Shown: positions 1 through 9,386, numbered from the stretch's first letter. The stretch: DNA of 64,000 bases from Nitrospirota bacterium (GCA_016178585.1 JACOTA010000018.1:34442-98441); one strand, 5' to 3'. The notes: generated from the letters alone by a model not told the origin. Numbers and translations are program-made.

Positions 1-2
1 TC

Positions 3-1322
3 TTGTTTAGTTATACCGGTTACTTTCGTGAAGAAACAGCCCTTCGGATATATACGCCGGTCGTCTTTACCAAAATCATGTCCATCGTCAGAATTGAAGC
101 GCATTATACTTTTTCTCCAAAGGTTCAGATCACGGTCATCCCCAGGATTTATTATGACCTTGCGCCCGATCTCGAACAGATTGATTCCGTCAGCAGGATT
201 ATCGGCCCGCGCACGGTTTTAACAGACAACCCTTCCGTGAGCCAGATCGCGGGGACGGAGATCGGAAACTTAAGAGGAGTCGATATTGAAAATAAAGCGG
301 CCGAGATCAGAGAAGTTTATCTGGACGCGCATCTTTCTTTTCTCGACCTCCGCGTCGGAAAACAGATCGTCCGGTGGGGAGTGGTCGAGGGAGCGAGAAT
401 CCTGGATGAAATCAATCCCCTTGATTTTAAAGAGTTTATCTTCCGTGAAGTTGCCGACCGCTATATTCCACGCTGGATGGTTAAATCCGATCTTTACCTG
501 GGTGATTATGCCGTGGAAGGGCTTTATATCCCTGATTTACAATTTCATAAGCCGGCGCCGCGGACGAGTCAGTTTGAACAGTTCCAGATTTTATCCGGGA
601 CGGTCGTTCCCGAAAGCACCCCGCAGAATGCCGACTGGGGAGTCCGGGTTTCAAAAACGGTGTTCGGCGTTGATTTATCCGCCAGCTATTATTATATGTG
701 GGATCCTTTTCCCGCCTCCTACCGGTCTGTTTTCGGATTGGGCGGTTTTGGTGTTTCTCCGACGGTCGATTTCCAGCCCCGATATACCAAAGTGCGGGTG
801 TTTGGAGGGACATTTTCAAAATCGTTGGGTTCTATTATTTTAAACGCGGAGGGGGCTTTAGTCCGGGACAAATATTTCGGGACGCGTGAGGGAACAGACC
901 CGTCGAATCCCGGTCAATTTATTTTTGGAGAACTTAAAAGGAATTATTTCAAATATGCCGCGGGAATCGATTTTACGTTTTATTCCGCCGATCTCTCTGT
1001 CCAGATGCAGCAACAGAAAATTCTCCGGTACGATTCGACGATTATTCAGAGAGAATACGATACGGTTTTGAGCTTTTTTGGAAGAAAACCTTTTTTAAAC
1101 GACCGGCTCGTTCCTTCTTTATTGGCCCTTTATTTTATGGTGGATAATGACACCCTTCTCCGGCCGAAAGTGGAATATAATCTGACGGACCATTTAAAGC
1201 TTTCTACGGGACTCGACCTGATGATCGGGGACATCGGAGGGCCCCTTCCGGGAGAATTTCATTTTGTCGGATTTTTCAAGAATGAGAGCCGTTTTGAATT
1301 TGACGTCACTTACAGTTTTTAA
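3..1322 (+). CDS. Partial (5' end off-window) probable outer-membrane beta-barrel protein, DUF1302-like; ends ...VTYSF with terminal Phe
   Basis: Long open frame running in from the window edge; C-terminal aromatic-x-Phe beta-signal; alternating hydrophobic pattern; no catalytic motifs recognised. Confidence 0.5.
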   Translation: MFSYTGYFREETALRIYTPVVFTKIMSIVRIEAHYTFSPKVQITVIPRIYYDLAPDLEQIDSVSRIIGPRTVLTDNPSVSQIAGTEIGNLRGVDIENKAAEIREVYLDAHLSFLDLRVGKQIVRWGVVEGARILDEINPLDFKEFIFREVADRYIPRWMVKSDLYLGDYAVEGLYIPDLQFHKPAPRTSQFEQFQILSGTVVPESTPQNADWGVRVSKTVFGVDLSASYYYMWDPFPASYRSVFGLGGFGVSPTVDFQPRYTKVRVFGGTFSKSLGSIILNAEGALVRDKYFGTREGTDPSNPGQFIFGELKRNYFKYAAGIDFTFYSADLSVQMQQQKILRYDSTIIQREYDTVLSFFGRKPFLNDRLVPSLLALYFMVDNDTLLRPKVEYNLTDHLKLSTGLDLMIGDIGGPLPGEFHFVGFFKNESRFEFDVTYSF

Positions 1323-1340
1323 CCGGCGGGAAACATGGGG

Positions 1341-1450
1341 TGTCATTGCGAGGAGGTTTTTTTCGACGAAGCAATCTTTTTTTCCATGCGGATGTTGTGA
1401 GATTGCTTCGCTTTGCTCGCAATGACACATTTTATCGCTGTGCTTGGAAA
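1341..1450. mobile_element. MITE-like palindromic element, family A (TGTCATTGCGAG...GAAGCAATCT / AGATTGCTTC...CTCGCAATGACA), right TIR-like end retained
   Basis: Long imperfect hairpin seen directly; near-perfect reverse complement of the copy at 5515-5603. Confidence 0.8.
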
Positions 1451-1528
1451 TCCCAATTTTCTTTGAGATTGATGGGATTTATTATAAAATGAATAAGTGA
1501 AGCCGCACGGGCCCCTGAGTATAAAAGA

Positions 1529-4500
1529 GTGACGATGAGAAGGATTTTACTGTTCATTTCTATTTTTCTGGCGGGTTGCGCCAATTCCGATTTCCCTTTT
1601 TGCTGTGGACAGGCCGGCGACAAGAACGTCCCCTATTCCACGACCTATTTGTTTAGTTTCGGCACCGGATTTACCCCGATTGTCGGGGCGAATACCTTTT
1701 TAGGGATTGTTTCACAGGGGGATCTGAATAATCTCTTTAACGCCGCTAACATTTCCAGGATCCCGGGAACCGGCACGATAAACGGAAGCGTGGTTTCCTT
1801 TTCCGGCGGTACGATCAGCAATGTCGTCCTTGAAGTCACCGACTTAAATGGGAATAAAATAGGGGATCTTTTTTACAATAGTCTGGGAGGAATTCCTGAT
1901 TTTTCAAGCACGGCAGGGACAAGTGACAACGGCGGATTTACGGTCCTGAATACGCCGCCGGGAGAAGTTTATATCAGGGCGGTGAAAGGGGGCCGGGGCA
2001 ATACGGTGGCGACCTCATTTCTGGATTCCGTTTCAACCATTTCCCTCCCGGTTCGTCCCATTGTCCCGCCCTTTTTCGGAATAACGGGCGACGTGTCAGG
2101 TTACCCGGGAAATGAAAAGATCAGCGGAGCGATTCTTTCTCCCGTCGGTTTAAAAGGCCTCTCAGTAGTTTCTTCCGGAGGGAGGTATCGATTTCCCCGG
2201 TTGGGGTCTGACAGCCAATTTTTAATTCAGGGAACGGCGTCGGGCTACCTTCCGACGTACCAGGAGATAGCAACGGACCTCAATAGTTGTATTGTTCCTC
2301 CGCCGACTTTTTGTACCGGCGCGAATTGCGCTCCGCCGTCTATTAACCTCGGTCCCTGTAATAGCGGCGGCGTCGATTTAACCCAAAATCTCTATTTTCT
2401 TTCCCGGTCTGTTTTAACCGATTATTTAGGGAATACGCGATTTCTAAAACAGACGGGCTATTCCGGTCTCGATCCCTCAGCCGGAATTCTGGTGGGATCT
2501 ATGATCGATCAGGATGACACGATCAGACAGTATCCCTATCTTCTTTTGACCAACGATTCGGGCGATCTGTTAAATTTTGATCCTGTGACCCGGGTATCGA
2601 GAATTTACTATCCGGGGACCTCTCACGATGTATCGACCGGAATCAATACCCCTACCTTTTTCTTTTTTGATTCCGATGGGACTCACGTGAGCTGGTTTGA
2701 CGCCCAGTTTAATATTCAGACCTTGCCCTGTGATCCGGCGGATACCTGTCCTTCTATTTATAGGGGAAAGACGGATGGCACCTTTGTGGTCTTTAATCTT
2801 CCCCCCGGGGTGGTTCATCTTTCTGCCACGGCAAAAGAAAAACTGGAAGATGGCCTGGATTATTTTACAGGACGGGAAACCGTTGAAATTTTCCCGGGAG
2901 GCGCGACGAAAAAAAATATTAAAATGAATAAAATAACATTAGGACAAAATTATTTTTATCAATCTGTCAGCGGAAAGGTGGTTGCCTCGGACAGTAATAT
3001 ACCCGTGAGTTTTGCGCGGACTTATGCGCTTGGCCAGTCTAACTCTTACGGGGTGGCTGATATTTCAGGGAATTTTAATTTTCCTTTGAATTCGAATGTT
3101 TTCCTGGATCAAACCCATTATACGTTGAAGGTCAGCCGGGATTTTTTTATCGATACCTACCAGAATATCAAAGTGGATTCTTCTTTTAAAAACCTGGTTC
3201 TTTTTCCGGTCACCCTTATGAGTCAATATTTGAGCGCGGCAGGCCTCCCCTCTGCCTTTGATTCCACGAGAGGGATTTTAACGGGGATTATTTATGACAA
3301 TGTCAGCCACCGCGGAACGGAGGGAATCACTCTGGAAGCAACCGATCTTTCCGGTAATGTGGTGGGGGATGTCCGTTATTTTGATTCTTTGGGTCTTCCA
3401 ACCCTCTCCCGGTTTTCATCAAAAAACGGGAGGTATATGATATTTAATCTCCCGCCGGGGTTGACTCAGATTCGAGTGGTCTCCCCGGATGATTCGGGTA
3501 ATATCTTAATGGATATGTATGCCAACGGCGTTGTTCTGTCTGACCTTCAGGTCAATAATAGCCCCCCTCCATTCATTCAGGTTTCAGGGATAACGGAAGA
3601 ACTGGACAAAACCCCGGTGGGTGGTGTGACTTTGACTGTCAGGGGAGAAAAAACCCGATTTAAGTCTGCGACGGACGGAACGTTTTCTCAGCCTTTCGAG
3701 ACGTTTAGCCGTTTTGTTGTAAAAGCAAAATCGTCACAGCCCGACGGGATTGATACGTATAGTTCAATTGAAACCATCGACGCCAATCGTTCGGATTTAC
3801 GATTAAAAACTGTTCATGCGGCGACCCTTCAGGCCCAGGCGTCAAAAGGAATTCCCCCCCTTCTCTGGGATTCGACCAATGGCACGTTGGGAGGAAAAGT
3901 CATCACTTCAGGGTTCAAACCTCCCGTTCAACTCTCCGGGTATCCCGTGTCAGGGTTTAATTCGGCTCCTCTATTGAATCTCTCTCAGCAAAGGGTGTCA
4001 ACCGGTTTATTTGACGATGATAACGAAGTGGATTTGGCTGTTATCAATAGTACCGATCAGACTTTGACCCTTCTCCTGGGAAACGGAGATGGAACATTCA
4101 CTTCGACCCCCGGATCTCCTTACTGCATGCCGACTGGCATCCGCTTACTGCCGGGGCAAAGCTGTAATACTCGCGCGACCCCTGTTTCGGTTAAGAGCGC
4201 CGATTTCAATCAAGACGGGATCCTGGATTTTGCCGTGGCGAATTTCGATGATGATTCCATTACCATCTTATTTGGGACAAAAAGGGGGGATGTTGTTCCA
4301 GGAGGCGTTATCCACCTTCTTCCGGGATCTCGTCCTGTGGCGATCTCCGTCGCGGATTTCAATAAAGACCAACAAACCGATCTGGTTGTGCTCAATTCCG
4401 GAAACCGTTTGTTGACCTGGATTCAAGGGGCAGGAACCGGGGGATTTAATCCTCCCATCTATCTTTCATTGGGGGGAATTTCACCCGGGACCATGTTGAG

Positions 4501-5494
4501 CCGGGATTTCAATGGAGATGGCAACCCTGATCTGGCCATTATCGATACGGGCGCCAATTTAGTCTCCATTTTCTTGGGATTGGGAAACGGGGGCTTTACA
4601 CCGGCTCCCAACAGCCCCATCTTTATCGGAAAATCACCCATTGCCATCGCGTCGAACGATATCAATAATGACGGAAAAGATGATCTGATTATCGCAAACC
4701 AGGGATCGAATTCTTTAAATATCCTTTTAAATAAAGGGGGAGGGATTTTTACGCCCGCGAAGAATTCTCCCATAACTTTATCCGGTTCTCCTCAATTTAT
4801 CGCGTTGAATGACATTGACTTTGACGGAAGATTAGACCTTGTCGTTTCGATCATTCCTTCCGGAATTCCCTCCGGGACAATTTCACTCCTGTCGGGCCTG
4901 GGAGACGGAACGTTTACTTCCGAAACCCCTTATTCGGCAGGACCGGGTGAAAACGCGGCGAATTTTGTACTGGCGGATTACAACGATGATCTGTATACGG
5001 ATTTGGTTGTTTTTCAAACCTCCGGAAAACTGGCGTTTTTGGCGGGGATTGAAGTTCCTTTGCCGGGGGTTCGACTGGCCGCCTCGGATTTAAACGGAAA
5101 CGGTGTGGGAGGCGTTCGATATCTGAACAGCGCCGGGAACGTGGATCCTTCCCTGTCAGTCACAGGGCCGTCGGGGGAATTTTTGGTTTTTAATGTGCCT
5201 CCGGGATTTACCAATGTTCACGCGACAGGGGGGGCTTCAGGAAACCGGTTCATGACTTCTTACGCGGGAAGCGCCACTTTTGGGAATATCTCCGCCGTTC
5301 CGCCCGATTTTCGAAAAATTCAATTTTCCGGAAAGACGATCAATCCCGTGGGAAACCAGATCGGAAGATTTGTGGAAGGGGTTTCTATTTCATTTTTGGG
5401 AACAGGCATCGGGACGTTTTCTGATCCTGTCAATGCCGGTTTTAACGTTGATATTGATGCAAAAAGCTCATTTTTGATTAAACTTCAAAAATAG
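1529..5494 (+). CDS. Very large lipoprotein (1321 aa) with FG-GAP/VCBS beta-propeller repeats and three internal carboxypeptidase-regulatory-like beta-sandwich repeats
   Basis: Lipobox LFISIFLAGCANS; repeated D-x-N/D-x-D-G-x-x-D motifs (DFNQDGILDF, DFNGDGNPDLAI, DINNDGKDDLII, DIDFDGRLDLVV); three copies of the '...GN.VGD.RY.NS.G...F.NVPPG...' module; alternative ATG at 1535. Confidence 0.8.
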   Translation: MTMRRILLFISIFLAGCANSDFPFCCGQAGDKNVPYSTTYLFSFGTGFTPIVGANTFLGIVSQGDLNNLFNAANISRIPGTGTINGSVVSFSGGTISNVVLEVTDLNGNKIGDLFYNSLGGIPDFSSTAGTSDNGGFTVLNTPPGEVYIRAVKGGRGNTVATSFLDSVSTISLPVRPIVPPFFGITGDVSGYPGNEKISGAILSPVGLKGLSVVSSGGRYRFPRLGSDSQFLIQGTASGYLPTYQEIATDLNSCIVPPPTFCTGANCAPPSINLGPCNSGGVDLTQNLYFLSRSVLTDYLGNTRFLKQTGYSGLDPSAGILVGSMIDQDDTIRQYPYLLLTNDSGDLLNFDPVTRVSRIYYPGTSHDVSTGINTPTFFFFDSDGTHVSWFDAQFNIQTLPCDPADTCPSIYRGKTDGTFVVFNLPPGVVHLSATAKEKLEDGLDYFTGRETVEIFPGGATKKNIKMNKITLGQNYFYQSVSGKVVASDSNIPVSFARTYALGQSNSYGVADISGNFNFPLNSNVFLDQTHYTLKVSRDFFIDTYQNIKVDSSFKNLVLFPVTLMSQYLSAAGLPSAFDSTRGILTGIIYDNVSHRGTEGITLEATDLSGNVVGDVRYFDSLGLPTLSRFSSKNGRYMIFNLPPGLTQIRVVSPDDSGNILMDMYANGVVLSDLQVNNSPPPFIQVSGITEELDKTPVGGVTLTVRGEKTRFKSATDGTFSQPFETFSRFVVKAKSSQPDGIDTYSSIETIDANRSDLRLKTVHAATLQAQASKGIPPLLWDSTNGTLGGKVITSGFKPPVQLSGYPVSGFNSAPLLNLSQQRVSTGLFDDDNEVDLAVINSTDQTLTLLLGNGDGTFTSTPGSPYCMPTGIRLLPGQSCNTRATPVSVKSADFNQDGILDFAVANFDDDSITILFGTKRGDVVPGGVIHLLPGSRPVAISVADFNKDQQTDLVVLNSGNRLLTWIQGAGTGGFNPPIYLSLGGISPGTMLSRDFNGDGNPDLAIIDTGANLVSIFLGLGNGGFTPAPNSPIFIGKSPIAIASNDINNDGKDDLIIANQGSNSLNILLNKGGGIFTPAKNSPITLSGSPQFIALNDIDFDGRLDLVVSIIPSGIPSGTISLLSGLGDGTFTSETPYSAGPGENAANFVLADYNDDLYTDLVVFQTSGKLAFLAGIEVPLPGVRLAASDLNGNGVGGVRYLNSAGNVDPSLSVTGPSGEFLVFNVPPGFTNVHATGGASGNRFMTSYAGSATFGNISAVPPDFRKIQFSGKTINPVGNQIGRFVEGVSISFLGTGIGTFSDPVNAGFNVDIDAKSSFLIKLQK

Positions 5495-5495
5495 C

Positions 5496-5750
5496 CCCAA
5501 GAACAACGATAAATGTGTCATTGCGAGCAAAGCGAAGCAATCTCACAACATCCGCATGGAAAAAAAGATTGCTTCGTCGAAAAAAACCTTCTCGCAATGA
5601 CACCATAGTTTGTCATTGCGAGCCGAAGGCGAAGCAATCTAGCCGTTTTGAACCGAGATCGCCACGCACCCTGCGGGTGCTCGCGATGACAGGCAAAACA
5701 AGGGATTGTAAATCCTATCTCTCTCTTGGAATAGCTTAAAACATGGAAAT
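5496..5750. mobile_element. Composite MITE locus: TIR CCCAAGAACAACGATA + element A (inverse of the 1341 copy) + a second element of the 'GCCACGCACCCTGCGGGTGCTCGCGATGACAGGCAAAACAAGG' variant + degenerate TIR
   Basis: Two abutting hairpin elements bounded by TIR-like ends; spurious 74/81-aa ORFs lie inside. Confidence 0.8.
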
Positions 5751-5765
5751 AGTTAGGAGTCATTA

Positions 5766-7283
5766 ATGCCTTCTGGTCAAAACCGCGCTGATTTTGTTTT
5801 ATTGCTGCTGACTATCTTTATTTGCGGGATGATCGTGCTTGTCCTTGAAGTGCTGGGATCACGAATCCTGAGCCCCTATTTTGGGATCTCCTTATTCATC
5901 TGGACCTCGCTCATTACGGTTACCTTGATTTCGCTCTCTCTGGGGTACTGGATTGGGGGAATTCTCTCAGACCGTTATCAAAACCGGGATCTTTTTTATC
6001 TTCTGATCCTGGTTTCGGGATTTTTTGTCATGGTGATTCCGTTGATTCAAAAGCCGGTTTCTCTCGCGATGACCTCGTTCGGCCCGCGGTTGGGATGTTT
6101 AACGACCGCTTTTACCCTTTTCACCGTTCCCCTGACCTTATTGGGAATGGTGGCCCCGTTTTCCTTAAAACTTTCTCTCAGGGAAATAGATCGGGCGGGA
6201 AAGATTGCCGGAAATTTGTATGCGCTTTCCACCCTTGGCGGGATCATGGGAACATTGTTGGTGGGTTTCTGGCTGATTCCCAATCTGGGGCTGAAAAATA
6301 TTTTATTTGTTATTTCTATTTCCCTTTCTATTTTGCCGGCAATTCACTTTATGAAAACCAAAAACTGGATGCCGGCGCTGGGCTGTCTTTCGGTCATTTT
6401 CATCAGCGGAGTCTTGATGATTTATTTTTCTCAAAGAACTCAGGCCGGGAAAATTATTTTTAAATCAGAAAGTTATTACGGCCAGTTAAAGGTTCTCAAT
6501 GATCTAAACACGCATCTGTTGATGGTCGACGGGGCGATTCAGACCGCCTATCAGATAGACCTCCATCAATCCAAAGCTCCTTACACAGCGATGATTGAAG
6601 AGGTTCTAAAAGCTTACCGGGAGCAATCGACCACCAGGTTTCTCAATGGAGCCGTCATCGGATTGGGAGGGGGGATCATTCCGGAATCGGGGTATCATTC
6701 GGGTGATTCGATTGATATTGTCGAAATCGATCCCCGAATGCCGGTCGTCGCTCAAAAATTTTTTGAATTTCATCCCGAACGGTTTAATCTCATTCTCGAA
6801 GATGCCCGTCATTTTTTAAATGGGAACAAAAAAAAATATGACTACATTGTTCTGGACGTTTTCGCGGGAGAATCGTCTCCTTTTTATTTATTGAGTCAGG
6901 AGTGTTTTGAACAGGTAAGGAACAGTTTGACGGACGACGGCATTCTGGTGATGAACACCATCGGACTTTTTACCGGCGAGGGTTCGGAGTTTACCCAATC
7001 GATTTATAAAACCCTGCAACAAAAATTTCCCCACAGAGCGCTTTTAACTGTTTCTTCCAGAGATAATTTCACGAATTATATCATGCTGGCTTCGAACCGG
7101 CCTCTGGACCCTTTGATTGCTTCCTCCGGAAAACTTTTTTCCGGAGAAGTCCATTTAAAAGATGAAGCGGGGTTAGTCCTTACCGATGATTATAATCCGG
7201 CGGATTATCTGGAACAAAAGGTTGCCCTGGAATGGCGGTTGGCGATCTGGAGGGGAACCGTCTCCGAGATTCTGCTGGATTGA
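5766..7283 (+). CDS. Fused polytopic membrane domain + spermidine/spermine synthase-like (aminopropyltransferase-fold) protein
   Basis: N-terminal ~200 aa with multiple TM helices; C-terminal methyltransferase/spermidine-synthase-like fold (VIGLGGGII..DIVEIDP...VLDVFAGE). Confidence 0.7.
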   Translation: MPSGQNRADFVLLLLTIFICGMIVLVLEVLGSRILSPYFGISLFIWTSLITVTLISLSLGYWIGGILSDRYQNRDLFYLLILVSGFFVMVIPLIQKPVSLAMTSFGPRLGCLTTAFTLFTVPLTLLGMVAPFSLKLSLREIDRAGKIAGNLYALSTLGGIMGTLLVGFWLIPNLGLKNILFVISISLSILPAIHFMKTKNWMPALGCLSVIFISGVLMIYFSQRTQAGKIIFKSESYYGQLKVLNDLNTHLLMVDGAIQTAYQIDLHQSKAPYTAMIEEVLKAYREQSTTRFLNGAVIGLGGGIIPESGYHSGDSIDIVEIDPRMPVVAQKFFEFHPERFNLILEDARHFLNGNKKKYDYIVLDVFAGESSPFYLLSQECFEQVRNSLTDDGILVMNTIGLFTGEGSEFTQSIYKTLQQKFPHRALLTVSSRDNFTNYIMLASNRPLDPLIASSGKLFSGEVHLKDEAGLVLTDDYNPADYLEQKVALEWRLAIWRGTVSEILLD

Positions 7284-7308
7284 CTCCGAAAGGCCGGGAG
7301 CGGCGCGA

Positions 7309-8019
7309 ATGATAAAATTGCCGGTTAAAGTCATATTTTTTGACGCGGCTGAAACCCTTTTTAAAACAAGGGGTTCGGTTGGAGACATCTATTTAAAGAT
7401 TGCCAGGAAATATGGGTCGCGAGCTTCAAAAGAGGCGATTGACGAGGCTTTTTTTAACGGTTTTAAAAAATCTCCTCCTGCTGTGATTTCTCAGGATATT
7501 TCCCCGTCCGAGCGAATAAAAATTGAAAAGAATTGGTGGCGCACGGTGGTCAAACAGGTCTTCACGGAAGTCGGGATGATCCCTTCTTTTGACTCTTATT
7601 TTCAGGAGGTTTACACTGTTTTTAAAGGGAGTCAGGGGTGGGAGCTTTTTCCCGAAACGATTGAAGTTTTGTCCAGTTTAAAAAAGAAAGGGTATTCGCT
7701 TGGGTTGATTACCAATTTTGACACACGGGTTTACGAAGTGACCAAAGCGTTGGGTATCGCTCATCTCCTCGATTCAATGACCCTTTCGAGTGAAACGGGC
7801 GCTCCGAAACCCCATCCGGTTATTTTTAAAAGAGCGGTAGACGCGCACCAGATCAGACCCTCTGAAGCCCTTCATGTCGGAGACAGTCTTTCGGATGACG
7901 TTGAAGGGGCATTGAAAGCAGGCCTCCAGGCCGTCCTGATTGACCGCCACCACCTCTTTAAGCCGGGAAAAGATTATATTAAAATTGAATCTCTCACCGA
8001 ATTGCTTTATGATCTGTAA
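7309..8019 (+). CDS. HAD-superfamily hydrolase (subfamily IA)
   Basis: Motif I FFDAAETL (DxD-type variant), motif III/IV K....GDSLSDDVEGA; start moved to the ATG at 7309 to clear the upstream gene. Confidence 0.75.
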   Translation: MIKLPVKVIFFDAAETLFKTRGSVGDIYLKIARKYGSRASKEAIDEAFFNGFKKSPPAVISQDISPSERIKIEKNWWRTVVKQVFTEVGMIPSFDSYFQEVYTVFKGSQGWELFPETIEVLSSLKKKGYSLGLITNFDTRVYEVTKALGIAHLLDSMTLSSETGAPKPHPVIFKRAVDAHQIRPSEALHVGDSLSDDVEGALKAGLQAVLIDRHHLFKPGKDYIKIESLTELLYDL

Positions 8020-8030
8020 AAGTGAGGGGG

Positions 8031-8143
8031 TGTCATTGCGAGGAGGATTTTTCGACGAAGTGCTGTCATTGCGAGCAAAGCGAAGCAATCTATTTTCCAT
8101 ACGGGTGTTATGAGATTGCTTCGCTGGCGCTCGCAATGACAGG
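8031..8143. mobile_element. MITE family A locus (partial left arm + complete element)
   Basis: TGTCATTGCGAGGAGGATTTTTCGACGAAG then TGTCATTGCGAGCAAAGCGAAGCAATCT...AGATTGCTTCGCTGGCGCTCGCAATGACA. Confidence 0.8.
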
Positions 8144-8179
8144 CAACGAGATTAAATACGGTTGGGGTAGTCTGCACCT

Positions 8180-8686
8180 ATGATTATTCCTTATCAGGGG
8201 ATTTGTCCAATAGTACCTTCGTCCGTTTTTATTGCCCCCGGAGCGGTTATCATCGGGGATGTGGAAATCGGAGAGAGTTCCAGCGTCTGGTTTAATACGG
8301 TGGTTCGTGGAGATGTTCATTTTATTCGTATCGGCTCCAACACCAATATCCAGGACCTGTCGATGCTCCACGTTACCCGGAAAACCCATCCTTTGAAAAT
8401 CGGAAACAATGTCACTGTTGGCCACAGGGTGATTCTTCATGGTTGTACCATCGGGAATTTATGCCTGATCGGCATGGGGGCGGTGGTGATGGATGGCGCG
8501 GTGGTGGAAGATGGCGCTTTTATCGGAGCCGGCTCTCTGGTTTCAGAGGGGAGTGTGATTCCGGCGGGGATGCTTGCATTCGGCGTGCCGGCAAAGCCGA
8601 AACGTCCGTTAACGCCGGAAGAAAAGGCCTTTCTGACCCTCTCCGCCAAAAATTATGTCGAAGACGCCCGGACATATATTACGTAG
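8180..8686 (+). CDS. Gamma-carbonic-anhydrase / left-handed beta-helix hexapeptide-repeat family protein (PaaY/CaiE/YrdA-like)
   Basis: Hexapeptide repeats (IGDVEIGESSSVWFNTVVRGD, IGNNVTVGHRVILHGCTIGN); conserved His ligands. Confidence 0.8.
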   Translation: MIIPYQGICPIVPSSVFIAPGAVIIGDVEIGESSSVWFNTVVRGDVHFIRIGSNTNIQDLSMLHVTRKTHPLKIGNNVTVGHRVILHGCTIGNLCLIGMGAVVMDGAVVEDGAFIGAGSLVSEGSVIPAGMLAFGVPAKPKRPLTPEEKAFLTLSAKNYVEDARTYIT

Positions 8687-8710
8687 GGGCAGGTCCCCGT
8701 GCCTGCCCTG
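8684..8710 (+). repeat. REP element (GTAGGGGCAGGTCCCCGTGCCTGCCCTG), immediately 5' of the RAYT gene
   Basis: Hairpin GGGCAGG-N8-CCTGCCC; identical copies elsewhere in the window. Confidence 0.85.
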
Positions 8711-8725
8711 AATACATGATTCGAT

Positions 8726-9319
8726 ATGACATATAATCCAGATATCCACAAACGCCATTCCTTAAGGTTAAAGGGATTTGATTATGCTCAAACGGGCGCT
8801 TATTTCATTACAATATGCACCCAAAATCGGGAATGTTTGTTTGGTAAGGTGGTAAATGATCAAAGACACCTTAATGATGCGGGAGAAATGATTCTGACTT
8901 CCTGGAACGAATTGCCACGGCATTATCCGGGGGTTGATGTTGACCAATTTGTGGTAATGCCCAATCACGTTCATGGCATTATTATTTTAACTGTAGGGGC
9001 AGGTCCCCGTGCCTGCCCTGAATTGCATATTAAAAAAAGGCAACCAGAGGAAATTTCTCCTGCATTATCCTTGTTATCTTTGTCGGATATAATACAACGG
9101 TTTAAATCATTGACAACGACTCATTATCTCCAGGGTGTCATACAAACCGGCTGGCCCCCTTTTCATAAAAAATTATGGCAACGAAATTACTATGAACATG
9201 TTATCCGAAATGAAGAGAGTTTAAATCGCATCCGGCAATATATCCATGATAATCCTTTAAATTGGAATATAGATGAAGAAAATCCGGAAGGGCAGGCACG
9301 GGGACCTGCCCCTACATAA
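8726..9319 (+). CDS. REP-associated tyrosine transposase (RAYT; IS200/Y1 HuH family, COG1943) carrying an in-frame internal REP and a REP-derived C-terminus
   Basis: N-terminal ...YFITICTQNRECLFG...; HuH motif VMPNHVHGIII; C-terminal helix LSDIIQRFKS...LWQRNYYEHVIRNEESLNRIRQYIHDNPLNW with catalytic Tyr; REP copies at 8993-9020 (translated TVGAGPRACPE) and 9290-9316 (translated EGQARGPAPT-stop). Confidence 0.8.
   Translation: MTYNPDIHKRHSLRLKGFDYAQTGAYFITICTQNRECLFGKVVNDQRHLNDAGEMILTSWNELPRHYPGVDVDQFVVMPNHVHGIIILTVGAGPRACPELHIKKRQPEEISPALSLLSLSDIIQRFKSLTTTHYLQGVIQTGWPPFHKKLWQRNYYEHVIRNEESLNRIRQYIHDNPLNWNIDEENPEGQARGPAPT
8993..9020 (+). repeat. REP element inside the RAYT ORF
   Basis: Same 27-mer as 8684. 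Confidence 0.85.
9290..9316 (-). repeat. REP element (inverse orientation) forming the 3' end of the RAYT ORF
   Basis: GGGCAGGCACGGGGACCTGCCCCTACA. Confidence 0.85.
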
Positions 9320-9343
9320 TATATTTTCTTTTTGATTCATTCG

Positions 9344-9370
9344 TAGGGGCAGGTCCCCGTGCCTGCCCTT
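9344..9370 (+). repeat. REP element downstream of RAYT
   Basis: GTAGGGGCAGGTCCCCGTGCCTGCCCT. Confidence 0.85.
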
Positions 9371-9386
9371 ACACGAGGGAGTCTCC

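Noticed and set aside
5515-5763. 74/81-aa ORFs on both strands
   Set aside because: They lie inside the MITE composite, and the same 'proteins' recur at other MITE copies.
8443-8736. 97-aa Gly/Arg-rich ORF overlapping the gamma-CA gene and the REP
   Set aside because: It is out of frame with a well-supported hexapeptide-repeat protein, and its C-terminus is a REP translation.
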